Shown one piece after another: positions 12,847-26,700 of a stretch of DNA of 64,000 nt. Location of the stretch: the NCBI RefSeq assembly GCF_009834535.1, contig NC_045696.1, positions 5,272,001 to 5,336,000 of the forward strand, in the 5' to 3' direction. The translations under genes were made by a program, and so were the position numbers. How positions within the stretch are numbered: position 1 is the first letter of the stretch; each line of letters begins with the position of its first letter. Source of the stretch: Camelus ferus (taxonomy: Eukaryota). The notes under the pieces were generated by a model that saw nothing but the letters and a program-made list of their open reading frames with translations, did not search any database and was not told where the DNA came from.

Positions 12847-15259
12847 CACGCGCACATGTGTGTGTTCCCTCAAATCCAAAGGTGAGATAAACTTAACTGT
12901 CTGTGATTTTGGTTTTACTCAAAACAAGGAGAGGAGATTACCCAGTCAGGTAACATTTCATCTTATTCATTATTAGTAATGATGTCATCACATTGACACA
13001 AACTGAGTCTTAGGTGCTCCTAGCATATTCCCACACCTTCTAGCAATTTCTCAAGCCATAACCTCTTTTCCATATGGTGGTTGAATTTTTGCTCAGCTCC
13101 TTGCACCTCAAAGAAACGAGAATTGCTGCAAGCCCCACAGGTAGGTCAGAACAAGATCTGCCTTCTGAGCCTGTGCCTGCAGCCTGGGCTGACGGGAGTC
13201 TCTTATCTAAATCAGGTATGTCCATATGCCTTTGCCTCCAACGACAGAATTTGGGAAACAAATATGTTACCGCTCACTAAGTCAAGAGAAATCCATTCCA
13301 GCTTTAGAAATTCAATTTAGCTTGAGTAAGCCTCCAAGCTCTAAAAGTAAGCTCCATCTGAGTTTATTACTCATAAATCTTTCCTTGGAAGTCTCCCAGC
13401 AGCCACTCTCCTCCCAGCATTTTCCTACTTTTGTATGTCAATAAAGAACATTAACTCTTGAAGTCTCTATGGATGATGAGAATCGAGATACAGATCAAGA
13501 TATTCAGCCAGAACACCCAGCTAGTTAAGAACTACAAAGAAAAAGGATTTATAAAGTGTCTTTTGACAACAAGATACCCAGCCAAATTATTGTCTTACAA
13601 AAAAAACTTTTGATTGTGTCCAAATGGTAACTAAAGTGGTGAATAAGCTAGATTCAGACGGTTGTGTCTGTACGTATCAACACGTTTGAATTTAATGTAG
13701 CAGATGAATTGTAACCGGAGCTATAAACTGTTTCCCTCAAGTAGGGCATTATACCCAGAAACAAACGACGTCCTTCGCATAAACTCATCAAATAATAAAG
13801 GTACTTTGTGCATCTAGGAATGAAAATCTCTGAACCAACAAGATCCTAATTAACTTATTTTTTAAATTAAAAAATTAATATAACCCCAGTATTTCTGGGA
13901 AAAAGAAAAAAACCTTTCTTCACACTGCGGGTGAGATGAGGGGCATCTGGATCTGCTGGGTTGTGTATCCAGAGGTTGGCATCCTTGAGAGTAAGGACGA
14001 TTTCAGGGTTGTTCTGGATTGTATGGGGTGGATGTGTCATATTTCACGTCAGTTAGTACCACAGCAACAACAACACAAAAACAAATCCTGGAAGAATTCA
14101 GATCCCAGCCAATGGCCCTCTTGAGATAATACTTAATATAATAAAATTTCAGCAGAGCCCAAGAATTTGGATCCCTCTGGAGTTTTAATGTATCTGATTT
14201 GGGTCTTCTGATCCAAAGTAGAATTTCAAGGCACCCGTAATTAACTCCCTTTGTCTTCATTGTTTTTTGTTAAACGAAGACCTTGACTCAATTTATACTA
14301 GTTAAAATAAGGACATTCTGACTTCTAGTCAGCTAATGAAATGTGGGAATATTCACTTTATGATTAATTGACTGCTATCTAAATCTCATAACATTTTGAT
14401 CATCTCTGCTTCGTATTTCTAGTCTCATGGGTCCCTCTTCCTTCACCCTATGTAGGCAGCTTCATTTGTATTAATAGGAAATATACATTAAGATAAAAGG
14501 TCTCTCTAGACACCTGCGATGGCGGAGTTACATAATTTGAATTTCAGGGGAATGCAATCTTAGGTTAAAATAGAAATTCCAAGATGGTCTTTTCATATAA
14601 CAAATTTAAGAATAAAGAATTAAGCAACTTCAGATTTTTTAGAAAACTGTCTTTTAGACCATACCTAGAAATCTTTCCCCCAATTTTTGTTGAGTTTTTA
14701 TTGACTTTCATCTTTGTCTGTTTTTAGAGGCAAAAGCACAAGCTTAGTATTATAATAAAATATCCTGTACAGATATCAAAATGAGCACTTTTTTCTGAAA
14801 TGAAGGTAGAACATGTTAGTAACAATTTGAGTTTACATAGCCCCATGATTCTATAACTACCAAATAACCTCGGACTTCTGCTCAAAAAATGAATATCCTC
14901 TAATATCTAGAATTAGATAAAGAGAAGCTTTACCTCCTAGCACCTTGGATTTTTTCCCTTCTATTAACTTTTATACCTTCAGAAAAGGCACGCTGAATTT
15001 TCACTAGAGTGGATCGATTTTTATCTGAAAGAAATTTCATGCCTTAGCGTAGCAGAAGGTAGCGTCTTCTGTAACAGCTGATAATTTCATCTCATACAAG
15101 GCACGGAGCATGAAGACTTGCTCTGAAGTATCTACGGATGACAGGGGAAAGCCGGGCTGCAGAGGCATCGAACACAAGGGATCTCGTCCTGCCTTGGCCA
15201 CCACTCGGCCTGACCCCGACTCCAGGCTCCTCCTGCATGACACAGGGCTTGCCCTAGAG

Positions 15260-15922
15260 CAGCGGTTCCCACAGTGTGGACCGGGCACCCTGGGGGCGCT
15301 TCCTTCCTTTGAGGGATCCCACCAGATCAAAATTATTTTTTTTATAGTATTAAGGTATTCTGCTTTTTTTTAATTTCATCCTCTCACAGGTACACAGTGG
15401 ACTTTTCTAGAAGCTACACAGCACAGGATGTTATAACACACTGAATGTAGAACCTGCGGTTATAACAGATTGAATGTATGAAGCCAGACATTAAAGAGAT
15501 TCGCAAAGATATAAAACTCTTTTGCTAAGTATTTTTTTCTGTCTTGGAAAATATCATTACTTTTTATTTTTTAAATGTTGTTTATGTTACCCGTCATTTA
15601 TTTATTTATTTTTATTGACATATAGTTGACTTACAATGTGGTGTTAGTTTCTGGTGTACAGCATAGTAATTTGATCATACATTTATGTACATATATGTAT
15701 TCTTTTTCAGATTCTTTTTTGTTATAAGGCATTACAAGATATTGAAGATAGTTCCTATTTTTAATGAATTAATAAGTAGACCTTTAAAAAATTTCTCCAG
15801 TTTAATTTCTAATATGGAAACCATCAGTAAATACAGCTAACAGAAACAAAAGTTCTTTGGGGCCTTTGAGAATTTTTAAGAATGGAAAGAAGTCATAAGA
15901 GCAAAAAGTTTGAGAACAGCCA
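15260..15922 (+). mobile_element. Charlie1b-like hAT transposon fossil (with nested L1)
   Basis: Starts CAGCGGTTCCCACAGTGTGG, ends AAAAAGTTTGAGAACAGC; internal AAGCCAGACATTAAAGAGATT and AAACAAAAGTTCTTTGGGG match the recalled Charlie1b consensus. Confidence 0.8.
15596..15755 (-). mobile_element. 5'-truncated L1 3'UTR nested in Charlie1b
   Basis: (TTTA)n then TTGACATATAGTTGACTTACAATGTGGTGTTAGTTTCTGGTGTACAGCATAG...TTACAAGATATTGAAGATAGTTCC, the reverse complement of the same L1 tail. Confidence 0.87.
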
Positions 15923-18212
15923 CAGGAGTAGGGGAACCTCTCAGGAGTCCTTCAACTATAAAACCCCATGATTCTGAGATTGGGAGGGTCCATGGACAGG
16001 AATTCCAATGACAAGATGGAGGTGAATCTATGAACACAGAAAATCGGGACAGTCCTGTTTGGCAGTCCATCCTTCTCCATTTGGGCAGCTGTCATTTGTT
16101 CCTCCTCTGCTGTCCGACCTCCTTGCCAATAGCCCACACCCACGCCAGCCCATACAGAGAAGAGGGGAAAAGCCGTGGGTGTTGTGAAAGGCTTGTGAAA
16201 GAACTTACCTTCTCCCCCGGCCCCAACCCCCGGACTGTGATCAGCACATTCCTGAGCACCAGCCCCTCTACTTATTGTTACAAGGACCTTTCCACCCCAG
16301 GGGTCACCACACTGATCCCGCCCAGTAGGATGGCCAAAGTAGGTGGGTGAGCCAGCAGACCCCAGACGAGTGCACCATGAAGGAACATTCTAGAACTTTG
16401 CCTTGCTCAGGCCTTACTCAAACTCAAGAGTGTGGTTCTGGGGCCCCTAAGGAATGCTTACAGCTGGAGATTGGCATTGTCCACAGTTGGACAAGTGAGC
16501 ACCAGCACAAATTCCATCCGGCAGGAAGCATGAATAGTCTTCCACAGAGCATGAGTTCACTTTGTAATTATCAAAAAGTAAGAACACCCAGAATCTATCC
16601 TCACCGGAACCGGAACCGGAACCCTTGACACATACTGGGGATTCTTCACTATCGCCAGTCATCCTCCATCACAACCGCTAAAACTGGGGAGCTGCACTTC
16701 CTCCCGGCTCCGGCTCCTTCAAAGTCTGTGCTCCTCCCACTCCCAGCCACACCCCAGCTCCCTAACTCGCAGCCTGTTTCCCCATGCATAAAATCTGACG
16801 ATCATTCCTACAATTTAAGGCCAAGGTGGAGACTGGACTCAAGGATGCAAATGCTCTGTCTGCTATTATTTTTATCTGCTGGTGAATCCCGCAGCAACAC
16901 TCGCTGACCCAGGACCACCCCCGGGACCAGCGCTGCGCTCTGTACACCGCGGGGCGCCGAAGCCAGTTTGGAAACCTCCTTCCCTAGCTGAGCGCTTCAC
17001 AGTTTTCAAAGCACTTATCTCATTTGGTCTCATTTTTTCCTCACAACAACGCTGGTGATTCTCACCAACCCTAATGAAGAAAGCAGAGAACTATATTTGC
17101 ACTGCAATTATCATGTCGCCCCAAATGGGAGTCCTCCTTTTGGACTACATTCTTATCACTACATTTAGCTCAGTTTTGTTGTGTTTTGTTGTTGTTTTTG
17201 TAAAACCAGACCACAGTGCTCACTTTAAATTGCTAAAATCCACTCTACACCAATGTGCAGAATATATAGCAGCTGATTTACAAGGAAGTCACGATCCACA
17301 CCTGCCACATGCCCAAGGCTGCCGATGGGAAAAAAATGTAAGTAGCTCCACAATTCACGGGGTCTTACCATTTTCGCCAGGCGTCTTGTCTTTTCCATTG
17401 GTTGCCCCAGCTCCTTGTCGCTAAAGGCAGTTAAGAAAAAGAGAGAAAAGAAACTGTTATCAGACATGTTTCAGAATTATTTTTCTCCCCCTTACTGTTT
17501 CAGATACCTCTCGCATCGTGTCGAGTTCTGTGTTACCTCAGCTCAGGTGGTTAAAGTGTGATGCTCATGAAACTAAGATTCACCCAAGAAAGGAGCTGCT
17601 GAGATTCCACAGGCTGCTTCCCTCGACCAGGTTCACTGCTTTGTGAATGTAGTTCACTGGTCACAAGGGAAGCCAGCTGGGGGGCTGCTGATGGAGCACA
17701 AGCTTGCTGAAAAATATGAGGGAACCAGCCAAGAGTCTGTGCCGAATGTGAGAAGGTCAGAACTGTCGCTTTTGACGGTGATTTCATTGCTATGTTCTTA
17801 TTCTCATCGCTGTGTTCAATGTCTTATCTTCAAATAAGTTTTAATTAACTAAAAACATCTTATGTCGACAGTCAGAGTTTCTCCTATTGTTGAGTTATTT
17901 TTCTGTCGGTGTTTATGCCTATTCTGTGTATTCTCATTCTGCCAGGTTGACTCAAAGGATGAATACTTTAAGGTTAGTCTTGAAGCTTCAGGAAAGAGTC
18001 TCTGGCTATGTGGTCTGGGGAGCCTTGAGCAATGCATTACCTATGCAGACATAGAAGCGTGTTTTCTAAAGCTTATCCAGCTACTGTTTTTAAATAACAC
18101 GTTCAGAATTGTTCTAGTCTGTGGAGAGAGAAGTATTTTGTCAATCTAATTTCCTGGTCATTATCAAAAAATATGCTCTTTGAAAAAATTGAAGCAAATG
18201 TAAAGTCTCTAA

Positions 18213-18300
18213 CTTTCAGGGAGAAGAAATGAGTCCAGGCAGAGAGCCTGATTTGTCCAAGGTCACATAGCTAATTGGTGGCACAGTCGAGACTGGAGAC
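18213..18300 (-). mobile_element. MIR fragment
   Basis: TGATTTGTCCAAGGTCACATAGCTAATTGGTGGCACAG, MIR core. Confidence 0.7.
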
Positions 18301-18756
18301 TGGACTTCCCTGCCAAGGTTAGCGTCTTGCAGGAATCGTCATTGTTATGTAACTGTCTGAGCAGGATCCTGGAAGGAGAGGCAGGGCACCGCACAGGGAG
18401 AAAAGCAACACAGGTGGCTCCCACCGGCGGTAAGCAAGCATGCCCTCACACTTTATATTTGGGTCTAAGACTTCAGCCTAAAAACAATAGCAAAAAATAA
18501 TAATCACTTTCCATCATTGTTCAATGTTGTCATGAGAAATTCTCAGGTCCTTAGCCAACCCTTGATTAATGGTGGCTGAATCATCTGGGAGGATCTTGCT
18601 TTCAAGTTCTGATTAGTGTAAATAACTAGGGTGAATGACGTAGACTTAGGTTAACAAAGTCAACCACCCTGTGTACACTCATCACCTTGTGCAGATGATA
18701 TCTCGAGAGAGAGGCAAAGTCAAGTCTCCCGTTTATCATCAGCCCCACCACAAACA

Positions 18757-18787
18757 GACACACACGCACACACACACACACACACAC
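18757..18787. repeat. (CA)n microsatellite, one interruption
   Basis: Directly visible. Confidence 0.9.
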
Positions 18788-19122
18788 CCCATCCCAGTCC
18801 ATGCGTATGCAAACGCCCACCCAGGTCGGGTTGGGAGGGGGTGATGCTGTGCCTCGTAAGGAGAAGAAAAACCACTTGTCTCCGGCAGGAAGGGAAGGGA
18901 AGGCAACAAGCTGGAAAGGTTAGCTTTTGAGGGTTCCTTCTTCACATTTAATTTGAAACATCTTGAGTTTTCAGAATCCAGACCTGCCCACGCTCCCGTA
19001 TAAAAAGAAGGTTGCAATTGTTAGCCAAATATTAATTGTTTTTCAATAAACTCCTTTTAGTTTCCCAGCTCATGGCATTATTATCTAAAGCACTCAATCT
19101 GTAATATACATCCTCTTGATTT

Positions 19123-19235
19123 TTTTTTGATTTTTATTGATTTTTTATTTTTAATGGAGGTCCTGGGGATTGAACCCAGGACCTTGTGCAAGCTAAGCGT
19201 GCGCTTTACCACTGGGCTATACCATCCCCCACAAC
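19123..19235 (-). mobile_element. tRNA-derived SINE (Vic-1-like), short form
   Basis: Reverse complement of the SINE head (GGGGATTGAACCCAGGACC...TACCACTGGGCTATACC); perfect 15-bp TSD ACATCCTCTTGATTT (19108-19122 / 19236-19250). Confidence 0.93.
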
Positions 19236-20149
19236 ACATCCTCTTGATTTAAACCAAATTACACATTTCTTAAATAGAGCAGATTGGCAGGTAAATTGCC
19301 ACTTTCTTCTTGCCTGTGCAGATTTCGTCTCCTCTTTTCAAACGCAAAGTTGGTAAGTTTGCTGCCTGCGATGGAAATCTGATCGCCATTGTGAAGGGTC
19401 AAATCACTGGGGGCTGAACTAGTCCAGGGTTTAAACCCTCCATCCTTCCCCACAGAATTCATAGATGACTTGGAAAACAAAGCAAATTCCGCAGAATAAA
19501 AGGACAGGGTTTTAGAGATGAATAAAGTCAAATTAAATGTTATACAAGTGCAAATTAGGTGCCCACTCAACCCAACTCTCTTCAAAGACCTTAGCCATCG
19601 ACAGCTTTCAAATGTCATGAATACTTCATTCCATAAAAGATCACCTTTTAGAAATCTGAAGAAAAGCAAAATGAAATGTGCTCAGGGGAGAAAAGGACTC
19701 CCTTTTTTAGGATTTCTAAGACGAGCTTTTGTGTGAGGTCTTATTTGTTGGAGGCAAAATGAAGCCGATCGATGTCATAAGGAGATGCTGTCTTGGATCA
19801 GAAGATGATTCGGACAAAAGAGAACTCGTCGTTGAAAGCATCTCGTTCCAGAGTTCGTCGAGACCTCGAGACATTTTTAAGGCAATGCTGAGAGCAGTAG
19901 GGGAACTATCCAAGAGCTTTCCTACTCCTGCGGGCTGTGCTGGTCACCACACATGATTGTTTTATCACCAGGTGAGGTGGCTGAAGTTCCTCTGACCCAT
20001 TCTGGAGAGGACCTGAGTCAGGCTGGGTGCTGGGTCCCGAGGCCGGACATCCTCCAAGTGCCCCTGGGCACCACAGGCTCACTGGACTCTGATAACAGCC
20101 CTAACCAGGTAGATACTGTCACTGCCCTCATCGGCCTCGCTCTGCACAT

Positions 20150-20230
20150 TGTACACTAAGGCAAAGAGAGGACTTGCTCAAGGTCACACAGCTGGGAGGT
20201 GGCAGAGACAGAACCCCAACCCAGAGACAC
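20150..20230 (-). mobile_element. MIR fragment
   Basis: GACTTGCTCAAGGTCACACAGCTGGGAGGTGGCAGAG, MIR core. Confidence 0.7.
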
Positions 20231-23200
20231 TGGCACCGGAGTTTCCCCTTGAACCACTGAGCCTGCGCATCTCCCAGTGACCTCCTGAGACCCTCCCCCT
20301 CGGCAGGTGGGGAGATCCCTGCGTGAAGGTCAATGCGACCTCATTAGCACCCTCAGGCAAGAGTTTTAAGGACACTTGACTTAACCAGAAGCAGCAGAGA
20401 CAAACCAACAGTCAGGGGCTCAGTTGCAGAGTTGTGGTGAGATCTTTTTTAAAGTTTAAATAACACAAGAACTCAGAACTAGATTCTCTAAAAATCAATG
20501 AATGGATGGATGTTCTCCGAAAGTCCAGTAAGAAAAAGGTTCTCTTTCACAAAGTGATAGAGGTTAGCGCCCTGGGGGGACGAAGCTGCCTTTACTCCCC
20601 ACCTACTCTTGTCCCCAAGCGAGAGAAGACCCTCCATCCTTGGCCCCACCGTGAGTTCATCACCCGGAGAAGCTGTGTTGCCTGAGGAAGGGACGCAGCC
20701 ACACCTCAAGACCATCATCTGTTCTAACTAAACTGACAACAAGATCAAAGGCTAAAGGGAAAGAACACTATGAACTGTCTTCAGAGCAAACCCTGATGTG
20801 AGATTCTGGGATTCTGAGGGCTTCTCCAGCAATTTCAGAAAGAAGTCAGTGTTATCATGAGAACCACCACTGCGTCGTTTAGTTTGCACATCAACACGGC
20901 CTCATGCGCTAGCATGCGCAGAGGGCAAAAAACTCCTCTCTGATCAGTGAAATGTACACAGCCACGAGGACCAGGTCAAAGCAGATGTGTCAGCTGCACT
21001 GTCGAAATGGTCTAGAAAACCAAGCACCAGTGTCTCTGAACAGCCTCCCACTTGTGCCACCCCACACCTTCTTATCAGCAGAAATGTGCTTCCATGTTTT
21101 CAAACTGATCTAGGGAGTCAATCGTGATGGCTGCCCAGATCAGCAGTGGTGGAAATCTATGGGCTTTTTATTTTTTTTCCTTGGTGGGGGAGCAAGTGCA
21201 GGCAAAAAAAATCAGCATCAGTTTTAACAACAGCAAAACCAGAGCCAGGTCTCCTCCCAATTCAGTTCCCAGGAGCCTGGCCCTGGTTCTTGCCCCTGGT
21301 CGTGGTGCTTGGCACAGATGTCCTCCTTCAGGTACTTCCCTGGTCAACTCCAGCCCCACTTTTGCCCTAACAACCTCAGGTTCATAAAACAGTCCTGTGT
21401 GGGACCCTCCCCAGCATCGTGTCCCACCACAGACCTGGGACCTTCCTGCATCCTCTCCTAAGCGTCTAGAACCGCCCCTTCCTTCTCTGCTGCCTACGTG
21501 TCTGGAAGAACTCTCTCTGCTGCTCAAGCCAGCTCCGCGCCCACCTCCTCGGGACGCTGGCGTTCCCACTCCACACACATCAACACCACGTCCCTGTCAC
21601 CGTCCCCAAGGCCTCTTTAAAGTACAGAGGGTCTTGGGGGGGGGGAGGGTATTTCACACAGCTTGTCTGTACGATCACTAATCCTAGACCAGCAAGAAAA
21701 CCGCTGGTCTCGTTAGAACACAGACGCATTTTCCTCAAAATCCCCTCTCCTTCTCTGTTGCCCTTGTTTCACAATTAGGACGTGCTGGGTCCCCATCTAA
21801 GGATACGACACAAGTTTAAAGCACAACGCAGAAGTCGCCTTCGTGAGCACACGCTGGTGGCTGGCACGCAGGCTGGGAGGTCTCAGGGAACGAGGCAGCA
21901 CCACGGCCAGAAGAGGTCTTCTCTGGGTCCTCAGCCCTTAACCCTGGCCGGGCAGCTCACACGGGCTCAGAAGGGAGGTTCCCTTCTCCAATGACCTCAA
22001 CAAATAAGAGGACAGCGTTCCAGAATTTCATAAACCCCAGTGAATACGGGCTTCATCTAAATGAGGAGTGAGTATGTATCGCTCCTTCTGGTAATCCAGC
22101 AGGTGCCAAGTGTTCATAAAAAGGCAGGACTGGCATTGAAAGGGATGATTTTTGAAGTGGTTTTTCCTGACAGCCCCCTTGCACCGAGGGCTTCAGGAAA
22201 AGAACAAGGAATACATCACAGCTCGGGTTCCCGGGAAGCGGAGCCTGAGGCTATGCCGTTTGGGCTACAACTTTGTTGGAGAGGGAGATGCCGGAAATGA
22301 GGGGGTCAGGATGGGAAGTGGGGCCAGGAGAGCCCACGTGAGGACTCGTCATCCACGGGCACGGCCAGGCACACCCAGACCCCTGACCCTGCACCACCCT
22401 GCACTGCACGCGGTGACAAACGTGTCTGGGGACAGCCCTCTGGTGAGGGGGGAGAGTATCCCCCAGCTCCTGTCTCTCACTGGTCCGAGATGAGCACCAC
22501 GGAGCTCAGGACCTGATGCTTTCAGACTGGGCCACGTCTCCAACTGGGCATCTGGCCGGGACAAGGAGGAAGCCCCACAGCAGGAGGTGGAGAGGCAGTG
22601 ACACGCGGCGTGGACGGGCGGTGACGTGCTGTCACGTCAGACCTGCTCGAAGCCTGCGGAAGCCATGCCAGCTGGCCACCCGCAGGGGCCTCCCTGGTAG
22701 GGTCTGGAGTGACTCAGGAGAGGTGTCTGACTCAGCACATCAACTTGGCTGCGGGGCTCTTTTCAACCAAGTTGCAAAGTTACAGACAGCCCTTCCACGC
22801 TAGACACGCCACAGTGGAACAGGCCGCACCAGCATCCCGGTTCCTAACTGGCTTTGGAGCCGTTTCTTCCCGGACTTTGAGCTTAGAGAGGGCATCACCC
22901 CACCCCTTCTAGGCTACGCCGAGGAGCTGTACGCACGGCAGTTAACACCCGTCTTAGCGGTGTCAGCTCGAATAGCAAGTGTGCTGGCAGCCGGACCATC
23001 ACAGACAGACTCAAAAATAATCTCACTGCGTGCTCATCACAAAGCCCATGCGCCTGTGAAAATGAGTGGCTCTGTTACTCCCCCCCCCCTTCCTCCTTGT
23101 GAAATCTGCTACAGAGTCTTAGTGTTCTTGGAGTGGTCACCGTCGGCTAAGGTGGGTGGAGCATTCGCCTCAGGCACGGAAGTTAAGAGGGAACCAAGAA

Positions 23201-23231
23201 ACTCGTTAATCAAGACAGCTGCTGCAGGGGA

Positions 23232-23596
23232 GTCACCTCTATGTGGAACCTGGAAAACAAAAACAGTCAGACTCATAGGAGCAGAGCAGGACGGTGGCTG
23301 CCAGGGGCTGGAGTAGGGGAAAGGAAGCTGGTAAAAGGGTACGAACACACAGTTGTGAGTTAAGTCTGAGGATCTCGTGTGTAACACGGGGATGGTAGTT
23401 GGGGCCACTCAGTTGTGTAACTGAAATTTGCCAGAGAGTGAAACTTAAGGGTTCTCGCCAAAAGGAAGGTAAATGGATGCAGTAATTAACCCGATGGTAG
23501 GAATCCTTCCACAATGTGCACGTGTATCAACTCATCTGGTGGTGTGCTTCAAGTATGTTTTATTTTTCAATGAAAGCTGCAAAAAATAAATAAATA
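23232..23596 (+). mobile_element. Older L1 (L1MA-like) 3' end
   Basis: ATGTGGAACC...AGACTCATAGGAGCAGAGCAGGACGGTGGCTGCCAGGGGCTGG...TGAAATTTGCCAGAGAG...TTCCACAATGTGCACGTGTATCAA, A-rich end. Confidence 0.75.
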
Positions 23597-23637
23597 CTAT
23601 TTTAATGCAATATTCTAGAAAATCAAAAGTGCTGCAG

Positions 23638-23794
23638 GGGGAGGGTAGACCTCAGTGGTTGAGTGCCTGTTTAACATGTATGAGGTCCTGGGTTCAACCC
23701 CTGGTACCTCCATTAAGAAATAAATAAACAAATAAACCTAATTACCTCCCCATCAAAAAAATAAAAATAAAAATTTTTAAATTTAAATAAAAAT
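23638..23794 (+). mobile_element. tRNA-derived SINE (Vic-1-like), long-tail form
   Basis: Head with A and B boxes, CCTAATTACCTCCCC tail segment; TSD AAAAGTGCTGCAG (23625-23637) / AAAAGTACTGCAG (23795-23807). Confidence 0.92.
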
Positions 23795-26700
23795 AAAAGT
23801 ACTGCAGAAAGTCATGATAAAGGAAATACCAAAATTTACATAAAGACAGGATCGATCCTATTACTAATACTTCTTTTGCCTGAGGTTCCTGCACGGCTCC
23901 ACCAGGCACTGGTCACATGTTTCCCTAAAGCAAGTAAAAGATTCAAGAAGTCAAGTGATTTCAAGGATTTAGAAAATTATTTTAATACGGTCTTTGAAAT
24001 CCCCCATTTACAGCTGTCTCAAGGGCCATGGCTGTAGGTTACGACTCTGTGCTGTCATTCTGCCAGTTTTTATTATATGATTTCTAGAATACTTCGGTGG
24101 AGAGTCCCATCTTTCATGCTTTGCCGATGATACCCATAAAACCGAGTACGCCAACCACACGTCATGTGGGAAACGGAATCACAAACACCTGCTTCCTCGT
24201 TAATGCGGACTCAGAACCCCAGACAGATTATGTCTGCTTGGAAAAGCATTCAGCCAGGACACGCTGTTTCATCTTTAGGATAAAACACAAGTTCCCATTA
24301 AAAGACATTTATTTTTCATTGCAGAAAGTTGAAGAGAATAAAATGTGAAACGAATTCCAGTAGGTAAAATTTGGGGCACAAATGACAGTCCAAAAATATT
24401 TTCTGAATTGACACCTATACCATTTAATTAGACAAGCCTGCCTTCACTCCAAGAACTTGGCTTGGTATTTGGTGAGATTTGACTTGACTGGAGGGTCACC
24501 ACTTCCAAAGGCCCCTTAAAGTTGGGGAACCAAGAGCCTCCTGAAGCAGTAAGGGTCCCAGGCTATCCCCAGGGTCCCCAGAAGTCCCCAGAGTTCCCCC
24601 CAACTCTTCACCCCTCCTTCCTCCATCTCCCCAAGCAACTCGCCCACTGTGTCACAAAATTTTGGAAAGAGCTCCAAGCATGCATTTGCTTTGGCAACAC
24701 TGGAGAAAATACAGCAACTGCCACAGAGCCAGGTCCACAGGGGACAAAGGACAGAGGGGCCCTCAGAGGGCTTTGGCTCATGGAGACATTTCTTTTCAGC
24801 ACCGTGACTGAACCAGCAGGGGAGGAAGTGAAGGGGCTCCTCACCGTCCTGGGTCAGCCCGGCACTGCTGCCACGTGCGGGAAATTCCCCAGTAAGAGGA
24901 CTTCGGTCTCTCCCAGGCTAAGAAATAAAAGGTTGTTTTCAAAAGCAGATAATCAAAATTATGTACCTTCACCAACGTGCAAGATCACTGGCAGTGAAAG
25001 TCATGGATTCAGTGTCAGACAGAGACCCAGACTCAACCCATGGGGTGACTCGCTCCTGGACTAATGGTTTACTTATCCTTCGATAATCAGGCACTGGGCC
25101 GGTCCCTGAGGGTCCCCAGGAGAAGGGCACATTCTCTGACATCAGTTGGCTCATAGCCTGGAGGGACTGACGGAGACTAAACCAGCTATTTCAAATGGTG
25201 GATGAGACTTAACCCAGGATGACCAAGGTCAGGGTCAGGGGCATGGGCAAGGGTCCCCCAACTCACATTGGAGTGGATGGGGGAAAGGGGGGTTCCCCAT
25301 CTTGAGGGAGGAGTATGAGTCACCACCAGCTGTGCGAGGCTGGGGAAACCCTTATCAGAGTCTGCGTCCCCTCCGTCTGAGAAGGACAGATCATAACCTC
25401 AGGCTCCTACTGGTCACATGTAGGCACCTGACATGCAGTAGGCATGCCCTCCCCGCTCACCCGTCAGTGACAGTGCTTTCCAGAAGAGGCATTATTTGGT
25501 GACATCAAGTGGATAGCATCCCTGTGTCAAGAGAAAAAGTCAGTCCTTGTTTCCAGGCATTTTTCTTTTTTTTTTTTTAGCATTTTCCCCCTGTTCCCAA
25601 TATCTGGCCTCCCCTGGACTCTATCTACCACTTAGCTGCAGAGATTTGGCCAAAGAAAGAAAGAAAGCGCCACCCTGTTCCCACGGCGGCTTGGAGGCGC
25701 TTGTTAGCAAGTGCTGCTGAGCCCCGGCTCCCCCGCTGGATGCATTTGCTCCTAAGTCATTTTTCTCTGGGGCACTGTCTTCCTTTCATGCTGTCGCATC
25801 CTGAAATTCAGACTGCAAATGGGTTCAGGGACTCTGGCGCCCCTGAAATGATAGCATCGTGACAAGCAGTTCCTCAGGTGGGTCATAAATAAGGGGGAAA
25901 ACACCAATCCGCATGTCTTTTTCATAGACTGCACTCAGGGACCGGGAAGTTTCATATTCTTTGCAGAATCAATACCCTGCCCAGGAGAGACACCAAGACG
26001 GGAACCAGCCCCAAAGATCTCAGTCCACCATTCTGAGCATCTTTTTCTGTGCTTTCTTTTGATCACCGTGTTTATAAAAAAACAAAAAAGCTTGTTTCTA
26101 GGGTATTATATTTAATGTTTTATTGACAAAAGATCGTGAGTCTCTCAGATGAAATATCAGGCTTTCAATGAACAGAGGAGGGAGACCAGGGCGATCACAC
26201 AGGGAAATAGGAAAAACAGCCCAGGCGGCCACCAGGCGGCTGTGACTGCTTGGGGCCACCACAGTCATGAAAGGAGTGGCTTCTCAGAGACATCAAAGGC
26301 ACACCATTAAAGGCCTTTTGCAAATCAAAGGCCCCGAATTTGTCTGAAGAGCGGAAGAGGCTTTTATGCCAACATTTTGTGATCAAGACAGAATAGATTT
26401 AATTTCTTGTCACTGATATTTTAAAATCATCTATAATTCTCCCAGTAATATTTTGAATATGGAGCATTAAAAAAATCCCCTAATTTAATCCCTAACGGTG
26501 TGAAAAACAATGTCAGATGAGAATTTCAGCTGGAAGGGTTCAAAAGAAAGAAAAAAAAGTTGATTAAAAACAAAATGATGGGCTTTCAGTGGCAAGTGCA
26601 TTAGCCTTTATAATTCTTCCTAATTCTTCCTCCTCTCGCCCTCACCTCTGAAAGACCCAAATAATTCTGCCTCAAATGCTATATTCAGCTCCGAGCATTT

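Noticed and set aside
19259..19956. Protein-looking ORFs in a CpG-retaining, repeat-free stretch
   Set aside because: No recognisable homology and no convincing flanking splice sites; tBLASTx or PhyloCSF would be needed to revive it.
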